NCBI GenBank assembly: GCA_951406725.2
Contig: OX597823.1
Location: 55,056,001-55,120,000, forward strand
Direction: 5' to 3'
DNA: 64,000 nucleotides
DNA from: Octopus vulgaris
Lineage: Eukaryota
Positions 28,288 to 41,887 of this stretch are shown here, piece by piece; position 1 is the stretch's first letter; each line of letters begins with the position of its first letter. Below the pieces are notes generated by a model, which did not search any database, had not been told where the DNA came from, and worked only from the letters and a program-made list of their open reading frames with translations. Made by a program: the position numbers and the translations under genes.

Positions 28288-28673
28288 TGTATGTATGTAT
28301 TTATGTATGTATGTATGTATGTATATATATATATATATATATCACGCTCTCTGTTGATCTCCCTGTCTCTCTCTTTCTACTAACTATGTCGCTCTCTGCC
28401 TCTTTCTGAGTATATACTTCTCCCACCCTCCACTTTCTCTCTCCCTCTCTCCCTCTCTCCCCTCTCTCCTCTCTGTTTTTCTCTCTACATACGTCTCTCC
28501 ATGAGTGTATATATAATTACATAAATTTGGAATTTGGGCATGAGTGGTATGTGCACGTATGTGAGTATATATATATATGTTTGCGAATGTGCTTTAATGT
28601 GTGTGGAAGTATGTATGAATGTGTGCATGTATGGTTGTTTAGAGATTCTATGCGCAGGCGTGAAAGTGAAAGT

Positions 28674-28709
<36 letters not shown>

Positions 28710-28976
28710 ATAAGTATGCCACTGTAAGAGTGTGCTGTGAAAACAAATGCAAAGCTCATATGATTAAACAGAGAAGGTGGAGCATGTTTTCACTGTTTAG
28801 ATGCTTGAGATAAGGCAAAGATCAGTTATCTGAGCTGTTCTTAATATTCACCTTCTAAAGCAGTTTTATATTACACAAAACAAAATTCGAGAATGTTTCA
28901 GCTATCGACTTGGAATACTTACTAAGCAATTTCGTCTCATCAGAAAGATAAGAATAACAGTAGCAACAAGAACATC

Positions 28977-29007
<31 letters not shown>

Positions 29008-29154
29008 GCAATAATAATAATAATGGTTTCAAATTTTGACACAAGGCCAGCAATTTCAGAGGAAGCGTGTAAGTCGATTATATCGATTCCAGTATTCAAC
29101 TGGTACGGTACGTATTTTATCGACCTTAGTATTTAACTTGTATATACTTTATCG

Positions 29155-29457
29155 GTGGAGACGCAATGGTCCAGTGTTTAGGGCTGCAGACTCGCGGTCG
29201 GAGGATCGCGGTTTCGATTCCCAGACCGGGCATTGTGTGTGTTTATTGAGTGAAAACACCGAAAAGCTCCACGAGGCTCCGGCGGGGGGTGGTGGCGACC
29301 CCTGTTGTACTCTTTCGCCCCAACTTTCTCTCACTCTTTCTTCGTGCGATGGACTGGCGTCCCGTCAAGCTGGGGGAAACACATACACCACAGAAACCGG
29401 GAAACCGGGCCCATAGAGCCCGGCTAGGCTTGAAAAGGGCGCATAAATAAATAAATA
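29155..29457 (+). mobile_element. Full-length tRNA-derived SINE (head A, tail 1) with a 13-bp TSD, nested in a Nin-domain-like SINE
   Basis: TSD atatactttatcg at 29142-29154 and 29458-29470; A/B boxes; (TAAA)n tail; the host SINE continues at 29470-29580. Confidence 0.9.
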
Positions 29458-29656
29458 ATATACTTTATCGATCCCGAAAGGATGAAAAGCAAAGTCGAAC
29501 TCAGCGGAATTTGAACTCAGAACGTTAATGCCGTTAAGCATTTTGCCAGATATGCTAACGATTTTGTCATCTGGCAGCCTAAACAATCTATCATTATAAA
29601 TAAGATAACGCTTGAATGGTAGACACGTTGTAGCACCCGATTCAACATCAACACAT

Positions 29657-29853
29657 GTGGAGGTGCAATGGACCAGTGGTTAGGGCAGCAGACTCGCGGC
29701 CGTAAGAACGCGGTTTCGATTCCCAGGCCGGGCATTGTGAGTGTTTATTGAGCAAAACGCCAAAGCTCCACGAGGCTCCGGCGGGGGGTGGGGTGGTGAA
29801 CCCCCCTGTACTCTTTCACCACAACTTTCTTTCACTCTTTATTCCTACTTCTG
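29657..29853 (+). mobile_element. tRNA-derived SINE (head A), 3'-truncated
   Basis: Same head and body as 29155. Confidence 0.8.
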
Positions 29854-30617
29854 CTACAAAGCAGAGGAACCATGGTGTAACCCACTATGGTATGGTAAAC
29901 TTTCAGACCCTAGTCTAGATTGCGAATCCTCTGTACCCCAGGATGGTTCAGCTCTCCACCCGTTAAAAGCCACCGTTTTCGGAATGAGGATAGCAACGTA
30001 GCTTTCGTGCCCGTGCAAACGCCAGTCTATCGCGTGTGGTGGGGGGATCTTCAAGTTGCCACACGCATACTTAGTAGCTTAGAGTAGGCTCGAATTAGAG
30101 ATTATTCTTTGTGGCTAATGCCGTGAGTCTTGATTGGAAGAAGAAGAAGAAGAAGAAGAAGAAGAAGAAGAAGAAGAAGAAGAAGACATCAACACCTAGC
30201 CCTTTTAGCTCTTGCAAGCGTTTTGATCAAGCTTCCATCGACAAGGTGTGTTATGATCTTACGATGCGTCGACACCTACATTTCCCTAAATGTGTCCAGA
30301 GAATAATATACTATGTCTACTGGACATTTCATCGGGCGTGCTAACGATTCTCCAAACTCGCCTTCTTGATAATAATCCTTTCAGGCCCTGTACACAATGA
30401 CAAGGGCTGAAACTTTGGAGAAGGCAGCTAGAGGATTACATCGGTCACAGTGCTCGACTGGTAGTTATTTCATCGACCACAAAAGAATCCGAAAGATTGA
30501 AAGACTCAGAACGTTTCAATTTTTGGCACGGGACTAATAATTCAAGGGTAACGTATTAAGTAATAATCGACTATCTCCTTTTCTCCAATTTCAGGCCTTG
30601 TGTCTATAGTAGAAAGG

Positions 30618-30680
<63 letters not shown>

Positions 30681-31235
30681 GAGTGAGAGAGCAGTGCATG
30701 CTATCAAAGTGACACTGGGGTAAAAATATACGAAGCCCAGTATACCCATCATGACTACCCGTCCCATAAGGTTACACCAAGCAAATGCATCACAGCCATA
30801 TGTGCGCGACATGGTGATCTCATATCAAGATAAACAGCACATGACCTTGCAGGTGGGGCCCAGTTAGAATTTTCTTCAGGTCGAGTAACCCATCCCGCTC
30901 AAAAGGTCCCTGAATAAGGGTTGTTTAAGGATGTCGAATGAAACACCCATGTTTCCAGAGGTGAATTATTCAAACCCCAAAGAATCCATCTCAACACATG
31001 GCTATGATGCTCCCCCACTACATCTGCTCCTGATCAGAGATGCACATATCGTCAGCCACTAAAGGACATGGTCAACTGGTTAAGGTCAAACAACTGACAA
31101 GCAAATCTGTGGTATTGAGCAGAATATTTGCTGTAGCCCATCTTTTATACCAAGACAAAACAATGTACATGATAACACTTCCAATCAGTTAAGATCAGAA
31201 GCCATGAGAGCCACTGCCTGGTACTGCATTAGGGC

Positions 31236-31238
<3 letters not shown>
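30681..31238 (-). mobile_element. About 560-bp non-coding element bounded on both sides by (TAA)n; probable 3'UTR of a TAA-targeting non-LTR retrotransposon
   Basis: Complex sequence sharply flanked by perfect (ATT)n arrays (30618-30680 and 31238-31300). Strand and class are inferred. Confidence 0.5.
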
Positions 31239-31301
<63 letters not shown>

Positions 31302-31311
31302 CATCATCAAC

Positions 31312-31527
31312 GCAGTGAGCTGGTAGAATCGTCAGCACCCCGGGCAAAATGTTTAGCGGTATGTCATCCGTCTTCACGTTCTGTTTTCTAATTTCGCCGA
31401 GTTTGACTTTGTCTTCCATCCTTTCGGGGTCGAGAAAAATAAGTACCAGTTGAGGTTTGGTGTCGATTTAGTCGACTGTCCCCTTCCCCACAAAAATTTC
31501 AGGCCTTTTGCTTTTAGTTAATAGGAT
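31312..31527 (+). mobile_element. Nin-domain-like SINE
   Basis: gagctggtagaatcg...ccatcctttcggggtcga...aagtaccagttg. Confidence 0.75.
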
Positions 31528-31951
31528 TATTATTATTAGTATTATTATTGTTAATGTTACAAGATCAGTAGACTTTTGATCATTGTGTAAGTTTGACTCA
31601 TTAAATATTTCCTACCAACCTTTTGATTCACTGATTTCATTAGCACGGTATTCGTATCATGGTTGCATTGAACGGATCAAGTCAACACACTTACACACAC
31701 AGACACACACATAGACACACACAGACACACACATACACACAAACACACACAATACATGCATACAAATAAATAATAAAACAGTATATACTGGTAGAAATCT
31801 GTAAAAATGGATGAACGCAATACACGAATACACGATCACAAATGAGCATGCATACACAACACATACGTTATATATATACACACATATATATATATACATA
31901 TATATTTATACATATATATACATATATATATATATACATATATATACATAC

Positions 31952-31982
<31 letters not shown>

Positions 31983-32003
31983 CAAACATATATATATATA
32001 TAT

Positions 32004-32058
<55 letters not shown>

Positions 32059-32174
32059 CATATATATATACACATACACATTTTGATTTATGTTAGTATA
32101 TATCTATCTGTTTGTCCGTCCGTCCGTGTGTCTGTTTGTCTGTCTGTCTGTATGCATGTATGTATGTATGTATG

Positions 32175-32297
<123 letters not shown>

Positions 32298-33016
32298 GAG
32301 TATTCATCCAAAAGACCCGAGCAAAAACGGATCAAATCAAACAGGCAAAATGCACAGAGAAAAACAGAGAGAGAAAAAGAGAGAGAGAGAGAGAAAGAGA
32401 GATAACGAGAAAGACAGAGAGAAAGAAAAAGAGAGAGAAAGAGAGAGAATGAAAAAGAAAGAAACAGAAAGAATGAGAGATTGAGAGAGAGAGAGAGAGA
32501 GTGGAAGTAGGGAGGGAGGGAGGGAGGAAGGGAAGAGAGAGAGAGTGTGTGAATATAAAACTGATACAACCCGGATCAAGTTAACATATACAAATGCACA
32601 TACGTACGCACACACACGTACACACACTCACGCATGCACACACACACATACACACACACATACATCTTTATATGCACATACATAAAATACACAACACCGT
32701 ACAGCTATGTGTAGAAATCTATTTGAAGGCACGATCCGAAATCATAGCATCATCGATCAAGCCTCTGTTTGTGTTTGCATAAGTCCTGGCCTTAAAAATA
32801 GCGACACTTCGTTTTATATCGGGCTTTAATAGCCATTTCTTTCGCAATAAAATTATCTTCAGCGATTACTCATTCATCGGAGAAGGACCCAACCCATACT
32901 TATATACAGCATATATATGTTATGTCATACGCTTGCATGCAAACATACATACATACATACATACATACATACATACATACATACATACATACATACATAC
33001 ATACATACATACATAC

Positions 33017-33830
33017 ATAGTGATTTGGGATAGAGAAGAGAAACTGTGTACAGTTGTGGACATCAGCTGCCCGGCGGATGTTAGCATAAAGCTAAAGATC
33101 AGCGAAAAAGAAAATGCCTACGTTGAACTATTGAGAAATCTGCAGTCATTGTATCCAGATTGGAAGTTCAGGTTTATACCTGTAATTGTTGGGGCACTGG
33201 AATATGTAACACACTGCCTAAATACCAGTCTTGGGAAATTAGGTTTCTCAAAACCAGAAAGGAGAAAGCTGATGGGAAGACTACAGATCTAAGCCGCCAC
33301 TGGAGCTGCAAGATTCTGTAAAACTTTCCAGAAGTTTGTCATTTAAGCATATATGAGTATGTCTAGATATGCAGCTATATTGCTGAGAATACATACATTA
33401 AATAAAACAAGCCAATCTTTACGCATACATACATACATACATACATACATACATACATACATACATACATACATACATACATAGAAAAATACCCTGAGAA
33501 TGAGCCTTGGTCCTCGGTTAAAAACCGACTCATTCTCTATTGGCAAGAAATTTTGAAATAAACTGAATAATGACATACATAGATACAAAAATACCCCGTT
33601 GTTCATGTGGAAATTCAAATGAAGGAGGCTTGGATCTAGGTTAGAAACCAGCTCTTTTTCTATTGGCAAGAAATATTGAAATAAAACTGAATAGTAACAT
33701 ATATACATATTTACTAAGGTTCAACAGGCAACAATATTTGTTGCTGTTATCAAAATTCCAGTGATGGCTCTTTTGATTCTCAGTTAGAAACCATTTCCAC
33801 CTTCTAGGAAGAATTCTAAAAACAAAACGT
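33017..33830 (+). mobile_element. R4/Dong-like retrotransposon 3' fragment in (TACA)n, with a reiterated 3'UTR
   Basis: IVIWDREEKLCTVVDISCPADVSIKLKISEKENAY...FIPVIVGAL (RLE region); the 3'UTR module ...ctattggcaagaaat.ttgaaataaactgaata.t.acata occurs at 33485-33580 and 33590-33700, with a diverged third copy. Confidence 0.8.
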
Positions 33831-33933
33831 GTAGTCATATGCGTACAATGTTACATATGCTCTTCTCTATCTATAAAACAAAGATAGAGAATGTACCTAG
33901 CTCATATTCGAAACATACATAGTGTGTACATAT

Positions 33934-34325
33934 TACTCTTTTACTCTTTTACTTGTTTCAGTCAGCTGAATGCGGCCATGCTGGAGCACCGCCTTTAGTC
34001 GAGCAAATCGACCCCGGGACTTATACTTTGTAAGCCTAGTACTTATTCTATCGGTCTCTTTTGCCGAACCGCTAAGTAACGGGGACGTAAGCATACCAGC
34101 AATGCTAGAGGGGCAAACACAGACACACGAACATATACACACACATACATACATATATATACATATATACGACAGGCTTCTTTCAGTTTCCGTCTACAAA
34201 ATCCACTCACAAGGCTTTGGTCGGTCCGAGGCTATAGCAGAAGACACTTGCCCAAGATGCCACGCAGTGGGACTGAACCCGGAACCATGTGGTTTGTTAG
34301 CAAGGTACTTACCACACACTCCTGC
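33934..34325 (-). mobile_element. CORE-like tRNA SINE, near full length
   Basis: Near reverse complement of 49433-49835, including the aaagagtaa tail. Confidence 0.85.
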
Positions 34326-34581
34326 ATATATATATATACAGAGAAGAGGAAGACGCATTTACTCACGCACTCACACTCCTAAACACAAGCACAAAACATT
34401 TTTATTCGTTTATTTTCGAGGAAGGCATGAAGGTCGTATAATCACACTTGGTTTAGCACCCAGAATCTGTTATGTTCTATGAGTGCTTATAAATCAATAT
34501 TGCAAGAGAGATAAGAATCACGGAAATAAAGTAAACTGTTTTCCATATCTACAATCAATTATCCGAATGTTCTTCCTCACA

Positions 34582-34657
<76 letters not shown>

Positions 34658-34929
34658 TTCACACACACACACACACACTTACACACACATATTTACATAC
34701 ATATAAGTATACATTTATATGTGTGTGCGTATGTATATATACATTTGTATTCATAGAACATATTTATGTATATATATACAAATGTATATACATATATACA
34801 TATACCTTTATATATATATATATATATACATATATACACGTACATCTACGTACATACATGCATACATATATAAATATGCATATATAAATGTGAGTACATA
34901 TACAAATATATATATATATGCATATATAA

Positions 34930-34968
<39 letters not shown>

Positions 34969-35033
34969 AATCGTGTATGTATGTATGTGTGTGTATGTGA
35001 GTTTGTATGTATGTATGTATATATATCTATATA

Positions 35034-35069
<36 letters not shown>

Positions 35070-36043
35070 TGTCTGTGTGTGTGTGCGCGTGTGCGTGTGT
35101 GTGTGGTTCAATGCTCGAAATGAGGAGTAGACAGACAACCGACAACTGATGAAGAGTCGCTCTTTGTATTACTTGTCCTATTTTCTATTTATTTATCTCT
35201 GTGTTTGCGTATTGAACTCCTTTGTTTACTGTTGGTGACGACCTGTACCCATATTAGCATATCTGTTTATATATATGGACTAAAATGCAAATATATATAC
35301 ATGGTGATTCCAAAGTCTCTTTAACTTTTATAAAAACTGGCTAGCAACGGAAGTTAGTTGGAGTTGGGCTTAATGTAACTTGTTTTCTCTGTCTTCCTTC
35401 TTTCACAGCTCCTTGCATTACCACAGTTTTTGCCCAGCTCCTCACCGAACTCATTAACACCCTGCCGAATCTAGCCCTTCCGGTGATTTTCGCTACTCAG
35501 GGATTTCGAGATAGATGGCTTACTACCCTGCCATTCTTATCATCGGATGTTCGGCGCATTGCAGCTACTTGAACTGGGCAAGCCCCCCCCCCCAATTTAG
35601 TAGTATTATTGTTACATCATGTCATTTTTCGAACAATGAATATTTTCTCATCTTTTGATATGACATGTCTATAAATTATATAAAGCAATATATCCAAAAA
35701 CAGAATAAAAGAGGTAATTTGGTTCCATTCTTTACAACGATCTCTTAAATTACATAATCTTTACATGTGTTTCAATAGCGTACACAAGTTTGTTGCGCGT
35801 TAATAGCTGCATAAACGATTCCGTTATCAACTTAGAACGCCTGATCTTCAGAAGAAATATAGTAATTTTTATCTATTGTTGATCACAACTCTCACTTGAT
35901 AGGCAGAACTAGATGAGAACTGTCAATGCGAACAATATATATACACACATACATACATTCTTATATATATATATAGAGAGAGAGAGAGACGCACGCACGC
36001 ACGCACACACACATATATATATGTATGCTTGCATACACGTATG

Positions 36044-36117
<74 letters not shown>

Positions 36118-36478
36118 TATGAGCGTATGTGTTTGTATCGAGTGGGTATGGGTGTGTATATACATACATATGTATTCATAGATAAATGCAAACAAACATG
36201 TACACGAACATTACGTGCTTACATATTTGTTTCACTACGTATATATATATATATATATAATAATAATAATATTAGGGAATAAATCCAAATTTACAGGGAA
36301 AAATTAGATTTATGATTAAATCCAATTTTATAGTATAAATATATTATATTATATTATATTAAATTAGAGATAAAACCACTATTAGTAAGTTAAAAATTTT
36401 ATATTTTTAAAAATTAATTTTATGTATTGGCTTATGTTTTTCACTGTTTGATTTGCCTAATAGTGGTTTTATCTCTAA

Positions 36479-36514
<36 letters not shown>

Positions 36515-36516
<2 letters not shown>

Positions 36517-38147
36517 GTTTAAATATTTGTTGTGCAAGATTTTTTATGTGAAGTCGTGTGTTGAAACAGATATTGTTGTATTTAGGAATGGTCATTTTGC
36601 CAGTTTAGCCAATAAAAACACACGCACTATATATTTGGTGTTACTTTGCTTCAGTGTTATTTATTTTTTACATTAATCTTAATCTTATTTCGGCCAGAGT
36701 TCTTTCGTCACACTCCTGTGACCGCATCAGTGGTTCTTTGTCTTCTTCTTACTTATTTATGTCTCTCCTTACTAACCGTCAGCCATTTTGTATTTGTAGT
36801 GTATGTCTTCATTTGCGCATGCTTATATCTCTATGTGCGTTTATGTTTATTTAGTGTGTGTATGTGGGGGATACCTGTAATATTTGTATCTTCTGTTTAT
36901 ATATGTTCATGTAATTTGTTCATGTAATTTGTATTTTGTATTTTTATTTTGTATTTTGTATTTTGTTTTGTTTTTGTTGTTTTTGTTTATTATTATTTTG
37001 TTCATGTGTTTACATCCACCCATTATTATCATTACATATGCTTGTATGTATGTATGTATGTATGTATGTATGTATAACAACAATACTAGTAATGATAATA
37101 ATAAATTAAATCGAAAAAAAAAATATATATATACATATACATATCTATATATAGTTATTTATTTCTATTAGTTTATTTATTTATCTGTGTATTTATTATG
37201 TTTTCAGGATCCTCTATCGTCATATGTTGTGGTGTATGTTAGTGCTCCATTCTAGTTTTCTATTCAGGCTAGGTTTATTTTCTATTATGTGTGTAGCTTC
37301 TGTAATTTGTCTAATTGTTGCATCTGATCTATGTGTGGATAATATTTTAATTTCTATGTTATTGATTGATCTCCCGTGTTCTTGTTCGGCGTGTTGGTAC
37401 AGAATCGATGAGCTTTTACCTTCCTTGAGTTGTCTCCAATGCACATTTACCCGCTCTCCTATGCTTCTTGCCGTTTCCCCTACGTATGTCGTTGTCTTGT
37501 TACTGCATCGTCCCTCTATACATCTTATACTATAGACTACATTTCTGGCTTTACAGTTTGTTTGTGGGCTAAATCTACATACAGTACAGTACTTATCCGT
37601 ACAGGGGGTTCTACTAAAAGGGTAGGTTCTACCAATTATAGATTTGATAGGGTTGCCTGGCTTTTCAACAACCTTAATTCTTAGCTTAACTTTATCTAGG
37701 GTCCTTCTAAAGCGATACGCCAGTTCACCTCCAGGGGTGGTGTCAACGAACATGACACTCTGGTATTTATGGCTATCATACCAAGAGTTGGCCTTCCCTA
37801 TTTTCTTTTTTGTCCTTTCTATAGTGTTCCATGACTTGTTCCTATAGAGTGGGCAAATACCATTCCTATCATTACACAATATATTATCAAATTTCTTAAT
37901 GGCTCCTTTGTATACTCTGATCCTTTCTTTATGGCTGTAACCTGAGAACTGCATGCGGTGAATGAAATATTGTATGTGTCTCTTTAACTCTGTGGGCTCG
38001 CACATGCATGACACATTTCTCATTATTCTGACGAGGTCTGCCATCAAAATATTGAATTTGGCATTGTCCGCAATGGCTGAGTTCCGGTGGATCAAGTATT
38101 TTGAGGCCATAGGTTTGGCATAGTATGAATGAAGGATTTGGGTTTTA

Positions 38148-38151
<4 letters not shown>
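36515..38151 (-). mobile_element. Penelope-like retroelement 3' part: RT C-terminus, GIY-YIG endonuclease ORF fragment and 3' region
   Basis: Uninterrupted frame of about 310 codons (37220-38151): [17 protein letters not shown]...[12 protein letters not shown]...[17 protein letters not shown]...LYQHAEQEH...[22 protein letters not shown]; truncated at (TA)n. Confidence 0.9.
36694..36733 (-). ncRNA. Hammerhead ribozyme-like motif in the Penelope 3' region
   Basis: Minus strand CCA-CTGATGC-G-GTCACA-ggag-TGTGAC-GAAA-G-aa-CTC-TGG: 6-bp helix II, CUC cleavage triplet, 3-bp helix I; non-canonical at position 9. Confidence 0.6.
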
Positions 38152-38204
<53 letters not shown>

Positions 38205-38234
38205 GACAGAAAGAGAGAGAGAGAGAGAGTGATA

Positions 38235-38287
<53 letters not shown>

Positions 38288-38311
38288 TAGATAGATACAT
38301 ACATACATACA

Positions 38312-38345
<34 letters not shown>

Positions 38346-39469
38346 CATATATATATACGTGCATACATATATCTTGAGAATGTTATGGTGCAAGGTTTGA
38401 AAAGAACAAGGGCGTGCGAAACCGAAAATGGCTGCCACTTAAGAGATGTCATTTTTCATATGTGGTGTAGTGGTGTCACAAAATGTGACTTGTGCATATC
38501 AATTTGCATTATGTCTTTTATATTGTAATAAAATTTCATGCATTTATTTGTAAAGTTAAGGAAGTTATTAAAAATTGAAACACATTAGTGACTTTTGGGA
38601 CACTTTGTATCTTCAGCGACTTCAGATAGCGAATTACAATTTATAGAGATGATAGATGAATGAGAACTTTTAAAACAACCAATGAATAAAACCTATGTTA
38701 AAAAGAAAAGTTATAAAAGAAAAGTGATACAGCTAAGCAAAACAGAATACGATTAGACAATAAATGTCATAGAAGGACTAATTAATTAGCCAATGAGAAA
38801 TGTTACATAGATAAAGAATTACTGAAAAATAAATTCTAGAAAAAGATTGAAAATGATTAATTAAATTTGGCTTAATTTGTTCCTCTCAAATTATGTTATG
38901 CTGCTGATTCCGAAGAAGGATGAAATAGCGCTATACACGACTAGCAATAACAAGATGTTTTAAAGTCTTTATAATGTGTAGGAAAAGATATTAAATATGT
39001 GTACTCTGTACAGCTACTTTACACTTTGAGGTAAATTCCAAGCTTTCAGACCTGCATTAAGGTAATCTAGAGGGGATTATCTACCCTATAATAATTGACA
39101 TCACCTCCACGCCAAGGGCACACCACACGAAACGCAGTTACTTAAAAACAAGAAATTGAACCATCCACCATCACACAAATATCCAAAACAGCGAATATAA
39201 TAGCAAATTCAGTCATAGAACAGATATTTTATAAACTAGCAAAATAGAATATAAATGACGTAACCAAAAGGCACATACAAACCAAGTTACTAGATTAACC
39301 AATGAAGAAACGATAAACAATAAACAAACATAATACAGCTTACAAGAACAGGAAGCGATTTCATAAAAGACAGCACCACAGACCGAATGACCTCTGAATT
39401 GGCCAATGACAAGTTGTATAGCCATAAACAACACCGATACATGTACGCATATAAATGTGTGTGTGTATG

Positions 39470-39504
<35 letters not shown>

Positions 39505-39566
39505 AGAGTAAGCACATAAATGTGAAACAAGGTGGAAAAAAGAGTACTCAAATACCAGAGGTAGAG

Positions 39567-39650
<84 letters not shown>

Positions 39651-39844
39651 ACACAGACAAAGAGATAAATAATATGTAGGCACAAGCATGCCTGTGTGGT
39701 TAAGTAGCTCGCTTTGCAACTATGTTTTTTGTGATTTCAAGTTCAGTTCCACTCCCGGTCCCTTGGAATGTATCTTTAAACAGAGAGCCGACCATTAACT
39801 TGCGAGTGAATTTGACAGAGGGAAACCTTCGTCATATATATATA

Positions 39845-40240
39845 TCTTTATATATAAAAGTGAAGTTGTGTGTCTGTCTCCTACGATTTAGATTCCTAAC
39901 TGCTCCCACATTTTGCGGTGCAGTTTAACCAAAACCGGGTATCTTATAGTCGTGATTCATATCGAGCCCTTCTGGGTATTAGCGCGCGTCTACGATGAGT
40001 CTACGATTAAAAAAAAATTACCACCATTTTTTTCCATTTTAATGCATTTTTTCGCTATTATATAAGGGAAGTAACTCTCTAAAAATGTCTACGATGAGTC
40101 AACGATTTAAAAAAAAATTTACCATAATTTTTTTCCCATTTTTAATGTATTTTTTTGCTATTTTTTGGCTATAAATCTCTAAAAATTCTTATATAGTTAT
40201 TTCCCTTACAAACCCGAGCAACGCCGGGCGATACTGCTAG
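39845..40240 (+). mobile_element. Non-autonomous Helitron (about 396 bp)
   Basis: A|TCTTTATATATAAAAG start; GC-rich subterminal hairpin cccgagcaacgccggg; CTAG|T end; no TSD; internal direct repeat at 39989-40055 / 40088-40160. Confidence 0.8.
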
Positions 40241-40244
40241 TATT

Positions 40245-40497
40245 TATATAAAATTTATAGGACTGACCACTAAAGTGAACAGCCTATATGCTAAACTAGG
40301 ACGTCAGATCGCCATTACGAAATAAAACACGATTATTTTTTATTTCGTATATTTACATTTGTTTTGCTTATTTTTACATTTTTTTTTTTGCTGAGATATT
40401 TCTTGAGAACACATTCTTCATGGTACTGAAGATTTGACGTCTATGTTTAGCATATAGGCTGTCCACTTTAGTGGTCAGTCCTCTAAATTTTGTATGT
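40245..40497. mobile_element. MITE-like element with about 65-bp inverted arms
   Basis: aaatttataggactgaccactaaagtgaacagcctatatgctaaac versus gtttagcatataggctgtccactttagtggtcagtcctctaaattt. Confidence 0.8.
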
Positions 40498-40587
40498 AAC
40501 ACAATTTTTAATCTTCGGATTTTTTAAAAATATGCTAAGCCACTGGTTTTAATTGATTAATATCAATTTCTACCCTTATCATTTAAT

Positions 40588-40707
<120 letters not shown>

Positions 40708-41188
40708 TTTCTATGTTTATCACTCTCTTGACTATCAGTAAAACGGTTCGACAGATGATGCCGATAGATTAAGTACCAGATTAAAAAACAAAAAAAAGAG
40801 ACAAAAAACAAGAACTGGAGTTCATTTGTTCGACCAAAACTTTCCAAGGCGGTGCCCCAGTATGGTCGGAGTTCAGAGACTGAAACAAGCAAAATATGAA
40901 AGACAAAAAAACATATTTTTCAGCATAGAAGCTCATTAAGTTAAAAAAATGGTCTCCTTACAGTATATATCATTTGTCTGCTGCATAGAAAACTCATAGC
41001 TATTGTTGCTGGTGCACTTTATCAGCTGAATGCGAAAGGTGCAGCATAAAATCAAGAATACAACGCACTACCCGGTCCTAGAATAGCACTTATGACCTAA
41101 CCCATTGATCACGTGCCTTCTTGCACGCGCGCGTTATGTAGTGTGTTTAGGCACAAAGGTATATACGTATGTGTATGTTTTCGTGTCA

Positions 41189-41248
<60 letters not shown>

Positions 41249-41399
41249 GTCAATCAGTCTGTCTGTCTATCCAACTATCTATTTCTCTCTCCCTCTATAT
41301 ATATATCTATATTCTCCCTATATATATATCTATATTCTCCCTATATATATATCTATATATATATCTATATTCTCCCTATATATATATCTATATATATAT

Positions 41400-41790
41400 A
41401 GGGAGAATTCTAAAAAAAAATAATAATAAAAGACGAAGACAGGTGGTGTTAAGAGAACAACAGATGTATTAGTTTAACGCTCCGGAAGTGAAAAAGTCTT
41501 TAACATTTGGAGCCTAAGCCCTTCCACAGGAAGTAACACAGAAAGAAACAGGGAGAGAAAATAAAGAATGTGTAGTGGCAAGGGATCTATCATAGCGAAT
41601 GCCGGACAGAGGGTGTCACACAGAAGAGTTAGGAAGAAGGAGAGATAATAAATTAGTGGTGATCCCAAAACGAGGTGCGCGTGCGTAAATATAGAAGACT
41701 GTGTATGTGCGTGTGGAAGAGGGATGGTGACCTTGACGTGCGCGTGTGTGCATGTGTAGGTGTGTGGATGATGGTGTGGGTGCTAGGAAG
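41400..41790 (-). mobile_element. Hammerhead-bearing Penelope-associated element, degenerate core
   Basis: Shares aagacgaagacaggtg...gtattagttt..cgct..ggaagtgaaaaagtcttt with 22218/22670; minus strand CTGTGGA-AGGGC-ttag-GCTC-CAAA-TGTT; ends at (TA)n. Confidence 0.6.
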
Positions 41791-41813
41791 TGGTCAGTGC
41801 TAGTGTGTGCGTG

Positions 41814-41868
<55 letters not shown>

Positions 41869-41887
41869 AGTGTGTGTGTGTGTGTGT

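Noticed and set aside
29155-29232. tRNA gene (also 46796, 41888, 15222, 49433)
   Set aside because: A/B boxes are present but there is no good acceptor stem or poly-T terminator, and they continue into SINE bodies.
35140-35170. CTGATGA-agag-tcg-ctct hammerhead candidate
   Set aside because: No GAAA after the stem.
38152-38452. N-terminal extension of the 410-aa ORF
   Set aside because: Microsatellite-derived sequence fused by chance to the truncated Penelope frame.
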